Part shown: piece by piece, positions 10,032-19,812 of the stretch
Numbering within the stretch: position 1 is the stretch's first letter
Layout: each line of letters starts with the position of its first letter
NCBI GenBank assembly: GCA_963769935.1
Contig: CAVYNY010000021.1
Span: 32,001 to 96,000, forward strand
Length of the DNA: 64,000 bases
Source: an uncultured delta proteobacterium
GTDB lineage: Bacteria > Desulfobacterota > Desulfobacteria > Desulfobacterales > JAFDCJ01
Reading direction: 5' to 3'
Made by a program: the position numbers and the translations under genes
Notes under the pieces: generated by a model
Databases searched by the model: none
Told to the model about the DNA's origin: nothing
What the model saw: the letters and a program-made list of their open reading frames with translations, nothing else

Positions 10032-10763
10032 TTACTTCAATAGATATTCTGTTTTCACATGACTCATGGACCGGAATATATTGCCCTTGACTTTTTTATT
10101 GCTGCGATAAAGCTGTTTTAAAAGCATTTTTATCTCCCGGCGTTTCGATGTTGCGGCGGTCGGACAGGGATTAATGAATTCCGGAAAAGACTGATTTCGA
10201 GCAAACCGCCGGATCAGGTCTTCATCCACAAATGCCAGCGGTCGGATCACGGTAAATCCCTGCTGAAAAAATGTCTGGGCCGGCAGCATCGTGCTGATTT
10301 CACCGGCATAACAGATATTCAGAAAAAGAGTCTCGATAATGTCGTCTTTGTTATGGCCCAGAGCCAGTTTGTTGCAGCCCAGTTCGGCAGCAATTTCAAA
10401 GAGCCGTTTACGCCGCAGTCTGGAACACAAAAAACACGGGTTTTCGCGGTTTTCCGAACTGTGCCCTAAAACGCCGTGGTCGGTGTATTCAACTCTGAGA
10501 GCAAAACCGCGTCGCTTGCAATAGACTTCCAGCGGTTCGGCGAAACTGCCCTCAAACCCCGGATCAATGTAGACGGCATGCAGTTCATATTGGATCGGGA
10601 TCCGCGTTTGACGCTCCAGCAACACCTGCATCAAAGTAAGACTGTCGGCGCCGCCGGATACGCCCACGACGATACGATCTTCGTCGCCGATCATTTGATA
10701 GCGGTGCAGTGCCTTGCCCACCGCCCGGTTCAGCGTTTTGTATAAATTACCTTTAACTGGCAA
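10032..10763 (-). CDS. ttcA: TtcA-like tRNA 2-thiocytidine biosynthesis protein (PP-loop ATPase)
   Basis: SGGADS, CFLCSRLRR, GHNKDD, IRPL. Confidence 0.85.
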   Translation of the reverse strand: MPVKGNLYKTLNRAVGKALHRYQMIGDEDRIVVGVSGGADSLTLMQVLLERQTRIPIQYELHAVYIDPGFEGSFAEPLEVYCKRRGFALRVEYTDHGVLGHSSENRENPCFLCSRLRRKRLFEIAAELGCNKLALGHNKDDIIETLFLNICYAGEISTMLPAQTFFQQGFTVIRPLAFVDEDLIRRFARNQSFPEFINPCPTAATSKRREIKMLLKQLYRSNKKVKGNIFRSMSHVKTEYLLK

Positions 10764-10772
10764 GGAACGGAT

Positions 10773-10979
10773 TTATTCTCCTTCGAGAGCCGGTTCTTTT
10801 GCAACGACTTTGCCTGCAGCAACTTCTCGCAGGGAAACGACAATATCCTCATTTTTCGCCGAACTTACCAGATAATCAGATCCTTCACGGATTTGCCGCA
10901 CACGCCGGGCAACCATGTTGACCAGCAAAAATCGATTATCTACTTTTCTCAGGCAATCTTCAATCGTAATACGCGCCAC
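10773..10979 (-). CDS. rpoZ: RNA polymerase omega subunit
   Basis: MARITIEDCL...NRFLLV...RRVRQI...SLREVA; GTG start. Confidence 0.95.
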   Translation of the reverse strand: MARITIEDCLRKVDNRFLLVNMVARRVRQIREGSDYLVSSAKNEDIVVSLREVAAGKVVAKEPALEGE

Positions 10980-11058
10980 AGAAAAACCTCCAATTCGTAA
11001 ATTATTTAGTAAGAATTTTACCTAACCCGGGCCCTCCAAAGCCAACAAAGAAAAATTA

Positions 11059-11139
11059 ATCACGAAAGCACGAAAGGACGAAAACACGAAAAGAAGACAA
11101 GAAAAATTTCGTGCTTTTCAGATTTCGTGTTTTCGTGAT
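11059..11139. repeat. CACGAAA tandem-unit hairpin element
   Basis: ATCACGAAAGCACGAAAGGACGAAAACACGAAA ... TTTCGTGCTTTTCAGATTTCGTGTTTTCGTGAT. Confidence 0.8.
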
Positions 11140-11208
11140 AAAAAATTTTTTTCCATGAAATGCAACGGGTTTACAATTAAGACTAGTTGAGCTTGCGCTG
11201 AATAAGGG

Positions 11209-11676
11209 CTAACGGATATCCACCAACTCATATACCCGCTTGCCTCCCGGCACTTGGAGGGTCAGCTCGTCACCCGGCTTTTTGCCTAAAATGGCTTGGC
11301 CGAGCGGCGAGGATATGGATATGCGTCCCTTCCCAATGTCGGACTCATCCGGCCCGACCAGCTGGTATTCAACATCCTGACCGGTTTCGATATTTTCAAG
11401 CAAAACCCGACAGCCGAATACCGCTTTTTCTTTGTTTAGCTTGTCCGGGTCGATGATATCGGAATTGCCCAATTTGTATTGCAATTCGCTGATGCGCCCC
11501 TCGATAAAACCCTGGCGGTCTTTGGCGGCTGCAAACTCCGCGTTTTCACTGAGATCACCGTGGGCACGCGCCTCTTCTATCGCCTTTATATTTTCAGGGC
11601 GTTCAACTCTCTTTAACTTTTCCAACTCTTTTTTTAAAGCTTCATAACCTTCTCTGGTTACCGGTACGCGGTCCAA
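11209..11676 (-). CDS. greA: Transcription elongation factor GreA
   Basis: EARAHGDLSENAEF, ISISSPLGQAILGK. Confidence 0.96.
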   Translation of the reverse strand: MDRVPVTREGYEALKKELEKLKRVERPENIKAIEEARAHGDLSENAEFAAAKDRQGFIEGRISELQYKLGNSDIIDPDKLNKEKAVFGCRVLLENIETGQDVEYQLVGPDESDIGKGRISISSPLGQAILGKKPGDELTLQVPGGKRVYELVDIR

Positions 11677-11692
11677 TTTGATTCTCCTTATC

Positions 11693-11806
11693 GGTTAAAC
11701 CGTTTGCCGGTTTGCCCGTTTGCCGGTTCGCCGGTGTGGCGGTTTGCCCGTTTATAGGTTTACCGAGACGGACCAATGAGCCAACGGGCTCAACGGGCCA
11801 ACCGTC
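11693..11806. repeat. GTTTGCCG octamer array paired with CAACGGGCT nonamers
   Basis: About 7 degenerate GTTTGCC(G/C) units, then CCAACGGGCTCAACGGGCCAACCGTC; homolog at 31519-31625. Confidence 0.75.
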
Positions 11807-11809
11807 CCA

Positions 11810-12832
11810 TCACAGATACTGCTCCCCAAGCAGCGCGGCAATCTGCACGGCATTGGTTGCCGCACCTTTGCGAATATTGTCGGCCACAATCCACAGGTTG
11901 ATTCCACTGGCAATAGACTCATCCTTCCGTATGCGACCCACCAGGGTTAAATCTTGCCCGGCCGCATCGGTTGCCAGTGGGTACCGGTTGTTGGCCGGGT
12001 CATCGACCACCTTAATGCCCGGTGCACTTTCAAGAACCAGCTTGACCTCCCGAACCGACACGGGCTCTTTGGTTTCCACATTGACGGATTCAGAGTGACC
12101 ATAAAATACGGGAACCCGCACGGCGGTCGCGGTAACCCCGATGGTATCATCTTCAAAAATTTTACGGGTCTCATTGACCATTTTCATTTCTTCTTTGGTA
12201 TATCCATTCTCCAAAAATACATCGATATGGGGCAGACAGTTAAAAGCAATGCGGTGCGGGTAAACTTTATTTTCACATGCCAGAAAGTTAATGAGAGCCC
12301 GGGTCTGGTCAAAAAGCTCATCGATGGCTTTCTTGCCGGTACCGGACACGGCCTGATAGGTGGAGACCACGATCCGTTTGATGCCGTATTTTTTGCGAAT
12401 CGGATTCAGGGCAACGACCATCTGAATCGTCGAGCAGTTGGGATTGGCAATAATTCCCTTTTTTGAATAATGGGCGAGGGCATGCGGATTGACCTCCGGG
12501 ACGACCAGCGGTACATCCGGATCCATTCGCCAGGCGCTGGAATTATCTACCACCACGCAGCCGTCTTTGGCAGCGTAAGGTGCAAACCGCTCACTGGTGC
12601 TCCCGCCGGCTGAAAACAGGGCGATATCCATTCCTTTAAATGAATCTTCTTTAAGTTCTTCAACCGCGATCGGATCACCTTTGAATCGCAGCTGCCTTCC
12701 GACTGAGCGTGCGGAGGCGAGAAATCTGACGGATTGAACCGGAAAATCAGACGCCTCCAAACAGCTGATCATTTGGTTGCCGACCGCTCCGGTAGCTCCA
12801 GCCACGGCAACGTTGAATTTTTTCCCGGTCAT
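11810..12832 (-). CDS. asd: Aspartate-semialdehyde dehydrogenase
   Basis: GATGAVG, IIANPNCSTIQ, RVPVFYGHS, DNIRKGAATNAVQIA; start set at MTGKKF. Confidence 0.97.
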   Translation of the reverse strand: MTGKKFNVAVAGATGAVGNQMISCLEASDFPVQSVRFLASARSVGRQLRFKGDPIAVEELKEDSFKGMDIALFSAGGSTSERFAPYAAKDGCVVVDNSSAWRMDPDVPLVVPEVNPHALAHYSKKGIIANPNCSTIQMVVALNPIRKKYGIKRIVVSTYQAVSGTGKKAIDELFDQTRALINFLACENKVYPHRIAFNCLPHIDVFLENGYTKEEMKMVNETRKIFEDDTIGVTATAVRVPVFYGHSESVNVETKEPVSVREVKLVLESAPGIKVVDDPANNRYPLATDAAGQDLTLVGRIRKDESIASGINLWIVADNIRKGAATNAVQIAALLGEQYL

Positions 12833-12848
12833 GTTGTACGCTCCCCCT

Positions 12849-12880
12849 TCAATATTCAACCTTCAATTGAAAATATTCAA
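12849..12880. repeat. Short heptamer-family remnant overlapping the psd stop codon
   Basis: TTCAATATTCAACCTTCAATTGAAAATATTCAAT. Confidence 0.55.
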
Positions 12881-13551
12881 TCGTTAAGCTGCCCCAGTAT
12901 CGTCTCCCCCGCCTGGATCTTGTCTCCCACCGCCACGTTGAGTTTTATATCCAGCGGCAGATAGACATCGAGCCGGGAACCGAAACAGATAAGTCCAAAT
13001 CGCTGCCCCCGAATCACGCTATCCCCCGGCTTTACTTTACAGATAATGCGTCTGGCAATCAAACCCGCTACCTGAACCACGCATAAGCGTCTTCCCTTAT
13101 CCGTCTCAATAAAAACGGCATTATGCTCGTTTTCCAAAGAGGCTTTATCGAAATTGGCGGCTATGAATTTGCCCGGATGATAATTGATCTCTTTTACCCG
13201 GCCGTCGCAGGGTACCCGGTTGACATGAACATTTAACACCGACATGAAAATACTGATTTTCATTGCCTGGCCGTCATAAAACGGGCTGTTGTCCACCACG
13301 CTGGCGGCAACAACTTTTCCGTCTGCCGGCGATACAACGGCTCCGTGTTGGTCGGGAATTACCCGATCCGGGTCTCTGAAAAAACCACATATGGCAAAGG
13401 TGATCACCAGGCCTATCAGAGTTAAAGTCGTAAGCCCCAGCAAAGCCAGAATAGCAGTCGCAAATGCCGCAGACAGTATGAATGGATAACCGGCAGTTGC
13501 CACCGGAAACGCGGTTTGACTGGGTGGATCTGACCGGCTGTATTTTTCCAT
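12877..13551 (-). CDS. psd: Phosphatidylserine decarboxylase proenzyme
   Basis: FFRDPDR, SPADGKV, NVHVNRVP, QVAGLIARRI, FGSR self-cleavage site. Confidence 0.95.
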   Translation of the reverse strand: MEKYSRSDPPSQTAFPVATAGYPFILSAAFATAILALLGLTTLTLIGLVITFAICGFFRDPDRVIPDQHGAVVSPADGKVVAASVVDNSPFYDGQAMKISIFMSVLNVHVNRVPCDGRVKEINYHPGKFIAANFDKASLENEHNAVFIETDKGRRLCVVQVAGLIARRIICKVKPGDSVIRGQRFGLICFGSRLDVYLPLDIKLNVAVGDKIQAGETILGQLND

Positions 13552-13662
13552 AATTAATCCGCCCTTAAAATCAGTATATGGGGATGCTGGAATTAATTAA
13601 AATTTTTTTTTATAGCAACAATAATAATTTCTGTCAAGGATAACCATAAAAAAATCAGCATA

Positions 13663-14352
13663 TTATCCTTTACACCCAATTTCAAGTTCAGCATCGGAAT
13701 TTCGTATGTATTGCGGCACCAGCAATTTTGCGTCTTCGGTTGGTTGTTGCTCGATCCGGGCAAGGCTCAGTCCGGCAATCGTTGAAGCCCGAATGATGTG
13801 CCGGCTATCATCGGCAAAAAGGGCCAGCTCACCCAGCTCGCCCGAGATCAGCTCCTGATAAAGCATAGCGCCGTTGCCCACGAAAATACAGGGTTCGTCA
13901 ATGCCCCGCACGGTGTCGGTCGGAGAAGCCACACGCTCGCGGCCCTCTTTTGTCATTGCCTGACCAATAAAGCGGTAGCGGCACGAATATACTTCCTTTT
14001 TGCGTGCATCCATTACCGCACAGATCAGAAGAGGCGTTTGGCTGCACTGCCAGGCAAGGGCATCGAGACTCGAAACGCCCACGACCGGTTTATGCAGGGC
14101 ATAGGCCAAACCTTTGATCGCGCTGATTCCGATTCTCAGACCGGTAAATGACCCGGGGCCGATGGTTGCGGCGAACCCGTCCAACTGCTCAACTTGCAGC
14201 CCCGCCATTGCGAGGATGGTATCGATAATGTTCATCAGATGCCGGGAATGCGTCCGGCCGTTGGCAAGTGTCAGTTCCGCCAGCAGCATTTTCCGATCCG
14301 TCACAGCCGCACTGCAGCTTTTGGTGGCTGTATCCACAGCTAGGATTTTCAT
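13663..14352 (-). CDS. tsaB: t6A biosynthesis protein TsaB
   Basis: MKILAVDTAT, HS, GPGSFTGLRIG, DARKKEVY, PQYIR; start set at ATG 14352. Confidence 0.95.
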   Translation of the reverse strand: MKILAVDTATKSCSAAVTDRKMLLAELTLANGRTHSRHLMNIIDTILAMAGLQVEQLDGFAATIGPGSFTGLRIGISAIKGLAYALHKPVVGVSSLDALAWQCSQTPLLICAVMDARKKEVYSCRYRFIGQAMTKEGRERVASPTDTVRGIDEPCIFVGNGAMLYQELISGELGELALFADDSRHIIRASTIAGLSLARIEQQPTEDAKLLVPQYIRNSDAELEIGCKG

Positions 14353-14354
14353 AT

Positions 14355-14424
14355 CGGTTTGGGTCGTTGGGTTCGTTAGAATCGTCCCCGTTAAACAAAA
14401 GACAAAAAAGTTTAACGGGCTAAA
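14355..14424. repeat. Nonamer repeats plus hairpin directly upstream of tsaB
   Basis: GTTTGGGTC-GTTGGGTTC-GTTAGAATC, then CCCGTTAAAC...GTTTAACGGG. Confidence 0.55.
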
Positions 14425-14518
14425 TTTAGAGCGCGGAAGCACTGGGAGCGTAATGTTTGTTGAATATCAGCGCTGCCGCGCCTCCCGGCAAGAGACAGCA
14501 TTCCGCTAAGCCCAACAA

Positions 14519-16982
14519 CTAATGGCTACGCCTTTTGTTCGGACCTCCGACCTCTGTCCTTTGTCTTCCGAGTTCTGTCTTCTGTCTTCTGATCTCCGTC
14601 ATCCGTTTATCAGACAGTGCCGTTTTGAGCACCTGTTCCATATTCCGCACTGTAATAAATTTAATTTTACGCTTGACGTTTTGCGGTATCTCGGTCAAAT
14701 CTTTTTTATTTTTCTCCGGGATGATAATCGTACGGATACCGGCCCGCAGGGCACCGAGAGCTTTTTCTTTCAATCCCCCGATGGGCAAGCACCCTGCCCC
14801 TGAGGGTAACCTCACCGGTCATGGCAACATCATTGCACACCGGGCGCTCCGCCAGAGCTGAGACTAAGGCCGTAGCCATGGCGATGCCGGCCGAAGGTCC
14901 ATCTTTGGGAATTGCCCCGGCGGGCACATGAATATGAATATCCACATTTTCAAAATTCTTCTTTTTTATTCCGAGTGATCTGAGATTGGCCCGGGTATAG
15001 GTCACAGCAGCCCGGGCAGATTCCTGCATCACCTCGCCGAGTTGCCCGGTAACAATCAACTCACCTTTGCCGCCGATCAGAGATGCCTCGACATAAAGCA
15101 CTTCACCGCCGACCTGGGTCCAAGCCAAGCCGGTCGCCAGGCCCACCTGGCTGTTTTCCTGATCCATTTCGGGATATACTTGGCCACACCCAAGAATTTC
15201 TGCAGATTGCCCCTGGTGATCTTAAAAGTCTTCCTGCGGCCCTCCGCGATTTGGCGTGCCGCCTTGCGACAAATGCTGCCGATCTCACGCTCGAGATTCC
15301 TCAGACCGGCTTCTGAAGTGTATTCGGTTATGATCTGAAGCAAGGCAGCGCTGCCGATCGAAAGCGACCTCGGCTTTCAAGCCGTTTTCTTTTAACTGGC
15401 GCGGAATCAGGTGCTGGAATGCAATGGTCATTTTTTCTTCCTCGGTATAGCCGGAAAGATTGATAACTTCCATTCTATCCAGCAACGCCGACGGAATGGT
15501 GTCGGTTGCATTGGCGGTGAGAATAAACATGACTTTCGAAAGATCAAACGGCAGATTCAGAAAATGATCGCTGAAACTCTGAATTCTGTTCCGGGTCCAG
15601 CGCTTCCAGCAGCGCTGACGACGGATCGCCCCGAAAATCCGAGCCCAATTTGTCGATTTCATCCATCATGAAAACGGGGTTGTTGGTGCCGCATTGCTTC
15701 AAACCCTGCAGGATGCGACCCGGCAGAGCGCCGATATAGGTTCGACGATGCCCGCGGATTTCGGCTTCATCCCGGATGCCGCCCAAGGAAATACGAATGA
15801 ACTTTCGTTTCATGGCCCGCGCAATGGATTGTCCCAGCGAAGTCTTGCCGACGCCCGGAGGCCCTACAAAGCAAAGGATCGGCCCCTTCATGTTCGGGAT
15901 TCAGTTTGCGAACGCTTAAATATTCCAGAATGCGGTCTTTGACATTGATCAAGTCCGTAATGATCTCTGTCCAGAACCTTTTTGGCTCTTTTTATGTCGA
16001 TCACATCTCGTGACGATTTATTCCAGGGCATGTCCACCAGCCAGTCCAGGTAGGTTCGAACCACGGTGGATTCCGCTGAATCAGGATGCATCTTCTCCAG
16101 GCGTTTTAACTGTTTGGCGGCCTCTTGGTTGGCTTCCTTCGACATTCGGGCCTGCCTGATTTTTCTTTTATAATCTTCCAGCTCCTGAATACTGTCATCC
16201 TGTTCTCCCAGTTCCTTGTAAATCGCCCGCACCTGCTCTCTTAAAAAATAATCCCGCTGGCTTTTAGATATTTCATCCTTGACGTCGGATTGAATTTTGG
16301 CCTGCATGGAAGACAGCTGAACTTCGCGGGAAAGCAAGTCATTGACTTGCCTTAATCGTTCAACAGGATCGATGATTTCAAGCAGTTTTTGAGAATCTTC
16401 AATTTTAAGCCTCAGGTTCGAAGCCACCAGGTCGGCAAGTTTGCCCGGCTCTTCCACACTTTGCAGGATAGTGATGACATCGCCGGTCATTTCACCGCGC
16501 AGGACTAATATTTTTTCACAATGCTCGCGAACATTGCGCATTAAGGCTTCTATTTCCAAGCTGATGGCATCGACCGTCGGTTCTATGATCATCTCAAGCT
16601 TCACGCGATATAAGGAGCGTTTGCGTGTGTATTTGACGATCTTGGCTTTGGCACAGCCCTGGACCAGAATTTTGATATTGCCGTCGGGTAATTTCAGCAT
16701 GCGCAAAACGCGACCGACAGTACCGGTGCTGAATATTTCATCTGTGTTCGGGTTTTCAATACCCGGATCCTTTTGGGTGGCCAACAACAAATAACCTTCT
16801 TTTGCGATCGCCTCCTGGACTGCCCGCAATGATTTCTCGCGTCCTACGAACAGAGGCAGAACCATATCGGTAAAAACGACCACATCCCGCACCGGCATCA
16901 GCGGAAGGGTATCGGGAATTGGAGTATCGGGGTCATCATCGTCAATAATGCTTATAAGATCATCCATGTCGGCTTCAGCCAT
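14519..16982 (-). pseudogene. lon: Lon protease, frameshifted six times as sequenced (probably a sequence error)
   Basis: Consecutive fragments give the Lon N domain, [45 protein letters not shown]; single-base indels near 15946, 15895, 15575, 15376, 15170, 14787. Confidence 0.9.
14542..14604. repeat. Nine heptamer units (GTCTTCT-like) inside the 3' end of the lon frame
   Basis: GACCTCC GACCTCT GTCCTTT GTCTTCC GAGTTCT GTCTTCT GTCTTCT GATCTCC GTCATCC. Confidence 0.8.
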
Positions 16983-17302
16983 TTTAACTCCCGCAAAAAT
17001 TGTATTAGGCGCCCAGAGGGGCCGATTTCAAATTTTTTTATCGATTTATAAAGCCGGATAAGCCCAGCTTGATCCGTGCAAGTCCAACTCTTAAAGCTAA
17101 GACATTTATTATTTTTGACAATATCCCTTTGTTTTTTTTGTGAAACATGCAAGAATAATGGAGCAACAGCAGCGAATCCCGATCCAGCCTCCGGCCTGTA
17201 GGGCCTGCAGACCGGCTTCCGGCTCGCAAAGCCTAATGCTCGGAGACACAGAGAACCCGGCACCGATCTCAGCTCAGCCCAAAGATATTTGGTAGCATTC
17301 AT

Positions 17303-18100
17303 ATGCAATGGTGGAATATTGGATATATGCCGCTTTACTTGATTGAAATTTTTATCTTTATTTTGGGTCTCTGCATCGGAAGCTTTCTCAATGTCTGCAT
17401 CTTCCGTCTGCCGGCCTCACAATCAATCGTCCATCCGGGTTCCCGGTGTCCGAAGTGCGGCACCTCAATTGCTATTTATGACAACATTCCGGTACTCAGC
17501 TATCTGTGGCTCCAAGGACGCTGTCGTTACTGCCGGGTAAAGATTGCAGTGCGCTATCCGATCATTGAATTACTGGGTGGTCTATTTGCACTGGCGACAT
17601 TTCTTAAATTCGGTCTGACGCTTCAAGCCTTAATTTATTTTGCATTCATTGCCTGCCTGCTGGTGATTACCTTCATCGATTTGGATCACCGGATTATACC
17701 GGATATTATCACCCTTCCCGGCATACCCATTTGTTTTGCCGCCAGTTTTGCCATCCCGTCGGTTGCCTACAAAGATGCCCTGCTGGGTATCCTTATCGGA
17801 GGCGGAAGCTTGCTTTGCGTTGCCTGGATCTACAACCTGCTCACCAAAAAAGAGGGGATGGGCGGGGGCGACATCAAGTTGCTGGCGATGATGGGCGCCC
17901 TGGTGGGCTGGCAGGGGGTGCTTTTTACGATTTTTGTGTCTTCATTGATCGGGACCCTGTCGGGTTTGGCGATTATGCTGCACTCGCGCAAAGGAATGAA
18001 GCTGGCGGTGCCTTTCGGACCTTTTTTAGCAATCGGGTGTATCACATACATTTTTTTCGGTACCCAGCTGATTGCCTGGTATTTTAATTTATTGAGATAA
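17303..18100 (+). CDS. pilD: Prepilin peptidase/N-methyltransferase
   Basis: GSFLNVCIFRLP, CPKC and CRYC, IDLDHRIIPD, GMGGGDIKL, PFGPFL; start may be at MPLYL. Confidence 0.95.
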   Translation: MQWWNIGYMPLYLIEIFIFILGLCIGSFLNVCIFRLPASQSIVHPGSRCPKCGTSIAIYDNIPVLSYLWLQGRCRYCRVKIAVRYPIIELLGGLFALATFLKFGLTLQALIYFAFIACLLVITFIDLDHRIIPDIITLPGIPICFAASFAIPSVAYKDALLGILIGGGSLLCVAWIYNLLTKKEGMGGGDIKLLAMMGALVGWQGVLFTIFVSSLIGTLSGLAIMLHSRKGMKLAVPFGPFLAIGCITYIFFGTQLIAWYFNLLR

Positions 18101-18152
18101 ACATCTGCATCCGGAAAATCCGTATTGCACCATTTGAAATCACGGTAGCTTT

Positions 18153-18878
18153 ATGAGACTAGCGGTCCTTTCCGATATTCACGGTAATTTCGATGCCTTC
18201 CAGCAGGTACTGGAGGATATCGCCAGGTCCGGGATTGATGCGGTGATCAGTCTGGGAGACAATGTCGGATACGGTCCTGAACCGGAGCCTGTGGTTCAGC
18301 AAATTCGGGCGCAGCAAATTCCATCTGTTCAGGGAAATCATGAGCTGGCGCTGAAAGATCCCGAATATTTAAAATGGTTCAACCCGTCGGCGCGCAAATC
18401 CCTTGTCAAAACGCGCAGCCTGCTCAGTGATGAATCTCTGCGCTACATTGCGAAGCTTGAACCATTTCTAACCTCTCATGATTGTCGCTTTGTCCACGGC
18501 TTTCCGCCGGACTCCCCCCTCATTTATATGTTTCAGGCATCCGACCGAAGCAAGATCAAAGCTTTTGAAAAATCCGCCGAAAGGCTTTGCTTTATCGGAC
18601 ACACCCATACCCTGGAGATCGTCGGCTACGACGGCCGGCAGCTGGAATACCATGATCTCCCGGAGGGTTTAACCGGTCTGGATCGGGAAAAAAAATATAT
18701 CATCAATGTCGGCAGTGTCGGCCAGCCCCGGGATGCCGGCAATGATGCCAAATATGCCATCTGGGATTCTGTCAACGACACCATCGACATCAGATTCATA
18801 CCCTATGACATTGCCGGCGTGGTTAAAAAAATTCAAGCGGCCGGCCTGCCGGAAGAGCATGCCAATCGGCTGTGGTAG
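18153..18878 (+). CDS. Calcineurin-like metallophosphoesterase
   Basis: SDIHGN, LGDNVGYG, GNHE, HG, GHTH, NVGSVGQPRD. Confidence 0.92.
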   Translation: MRLAVLSDIHGNFDAFQQVLEDIARSGIDAVISLGDNVGYGPEPEPVVQQIRAQQIPSVQGNHELALKDPEYLKWFNPSARKSLVKTRSLLSDESLRYIAKLEPFLTSHDCRFVHGFPPDSPLIYMFQASDRSKIKAFEKSAERLCFIGHTHTLEIVGYDGRQLEYHDLPEGLTGLDREKKYIINVGSVGQPRDAGNDAKYAIWDSVNDTIDIRFIPYDIAGVVKKIQAAGLPEEHANRLW

Positions 18879-18883
18879 GGGGC

Positions 18884-19429
18884 CTAAATCTTGAACTTCC
18901 TACCGATTTCGAGCCCCAGGTCCATGGCCTGGCGGTTGATTTCCAGAAAGTCGGCTGGAATTCTGTTCTCGAGTACCCGCATGATGGAGTCGGGAGATAT
19001 CAGATCGGTCATGGAGATCACCGAACCCAGCATACAGATGTTAAAGACAATCGGCTTTCCGATTTTGTCCATGACGCTCTGATACATGGCCAGTTCTCTT
19101 TGTTGAGCATCGACTTTTTTTTGGGTTTTGACGTAGCGCGTGTCGGTGATCAGCAGCCCTCCGGGACGTATGATCCGGTAGAATTTGTTGTAGGCTTCCT
19201 GGGTGAGGCAAACCAGAATATTGGGTTGAATCACTTTGGGATAATCGATCATCGAATCGGAAACAATGACATCGGATCGGGTAGCGCCGCCGCGCGCCTC
19301 GGCGCCGTAAGATTGAGACTGCACCGCATTCAGGTTTTCATACAACACGGCCGCTTCAGCCAGAATAATGGATGCTGTAATAACCCCCTGACCGCCTGAA
19401 CCTGAAAATACCATCCTGCATCTTTCCAT
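18884..19429 (-). CDS. korC: 2-oxoacid:ferredoxin oxidoreductase gamma subunit
   Basis: SGSGGQGVIT, QSYGAEARGG. Confidence 0.9.
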   Translation of the reverse strand: MERCRMVFSGSGGQGVITASIILAEAAVLYENLNAVQSQSYGAEARGGATRSDVIVSDSMIDYPKVIQPNILVCLTQEAYNKFYRIIRPGGLLITDTRYVKTQKKVDAQQRELAMYQSVMDKIGKPIVFNICMLGSVISMTDLISPDSIMRVLENRIPADFLEINRQAMDLGLEIGRKFKI

Positions 19430-19504
19430 GGTTTTGCGTCCCCCTTGTTCTGCAAGCTTAGGCCCTTAGACCTTTTGATCTAACAACGTGCTGTCAGAAA
19501 GCAA

Positions 19505-19720
19505 AGGTTTAAGGTGTCAGCGGTTAGAAAATACCAAATAAAAAATGTTTCGATGCCATTTTTACGAAGTGTCTCACCGCTGAGAGCGCAGAGAGCGCAG
19601 AGATAAATTTAACTTTTCTTTCTCGGCGTTCTCGGCGGGCTCTGCGGTGAACTATTTTGTTTCTTTTTCGATCAGACCGGCCGTTGTATTGGCCGGCGGC
19701 GGCACTGACACCTGAAACCC
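19505..19720. repeat. Nested palindromic repeat cluster between korB and korC
   Basis: Outer GGTTTAAGGTGTCAG...CTGACACCTGAAACC; inner TCACCGCTGAGAGCGCAGAGAGCGCAGAG...CTCGGCGTTCTCGGCGGGCTCTGCGGTGA (19574-19650); GGCCGTTGTATTGGCC unit. Confidence 0.7.
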
Positions 19721-19812
19721 GGATAAATGACTTTGTGCTAAATTTGCCGCGTCAACGGCGCCATTTCCGGCCAGCTTGGCCGGGATAAGAAATGGCACCG
19801 GCTTTTAAACTC

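Noticed and set aside
11693..11806. Repeat arrays as a CRISPR array
   Set aside because: Units are 7-9 bp and contiguous with no unique spacers; no cas genes in the window.
14519..16982. Programmed frameshifting or a split Lon system
   Set aside because: Six independent shifts without slippery sites or stimulators are implausible; the pattern fits sequencing indels.
17170..17290. GC-rich structured stretch between lon and pilD as an ncRNA
   Set aside because: No recognisable family motif, promoter-terminator pair or second copy in the window; probably a degenerate palindromic repeat.
19425..19475. GGACGCAAAAC and GGTCTAAG on the minus strand, reminiscent of a c-di-GMP-I riboswitch
   Set aside because: Motifs are in the wrong order, there is no GGCAAA/GNRA P2 stem, and GGGGGACGCAAAACCATG is simply the korC RBS and start.
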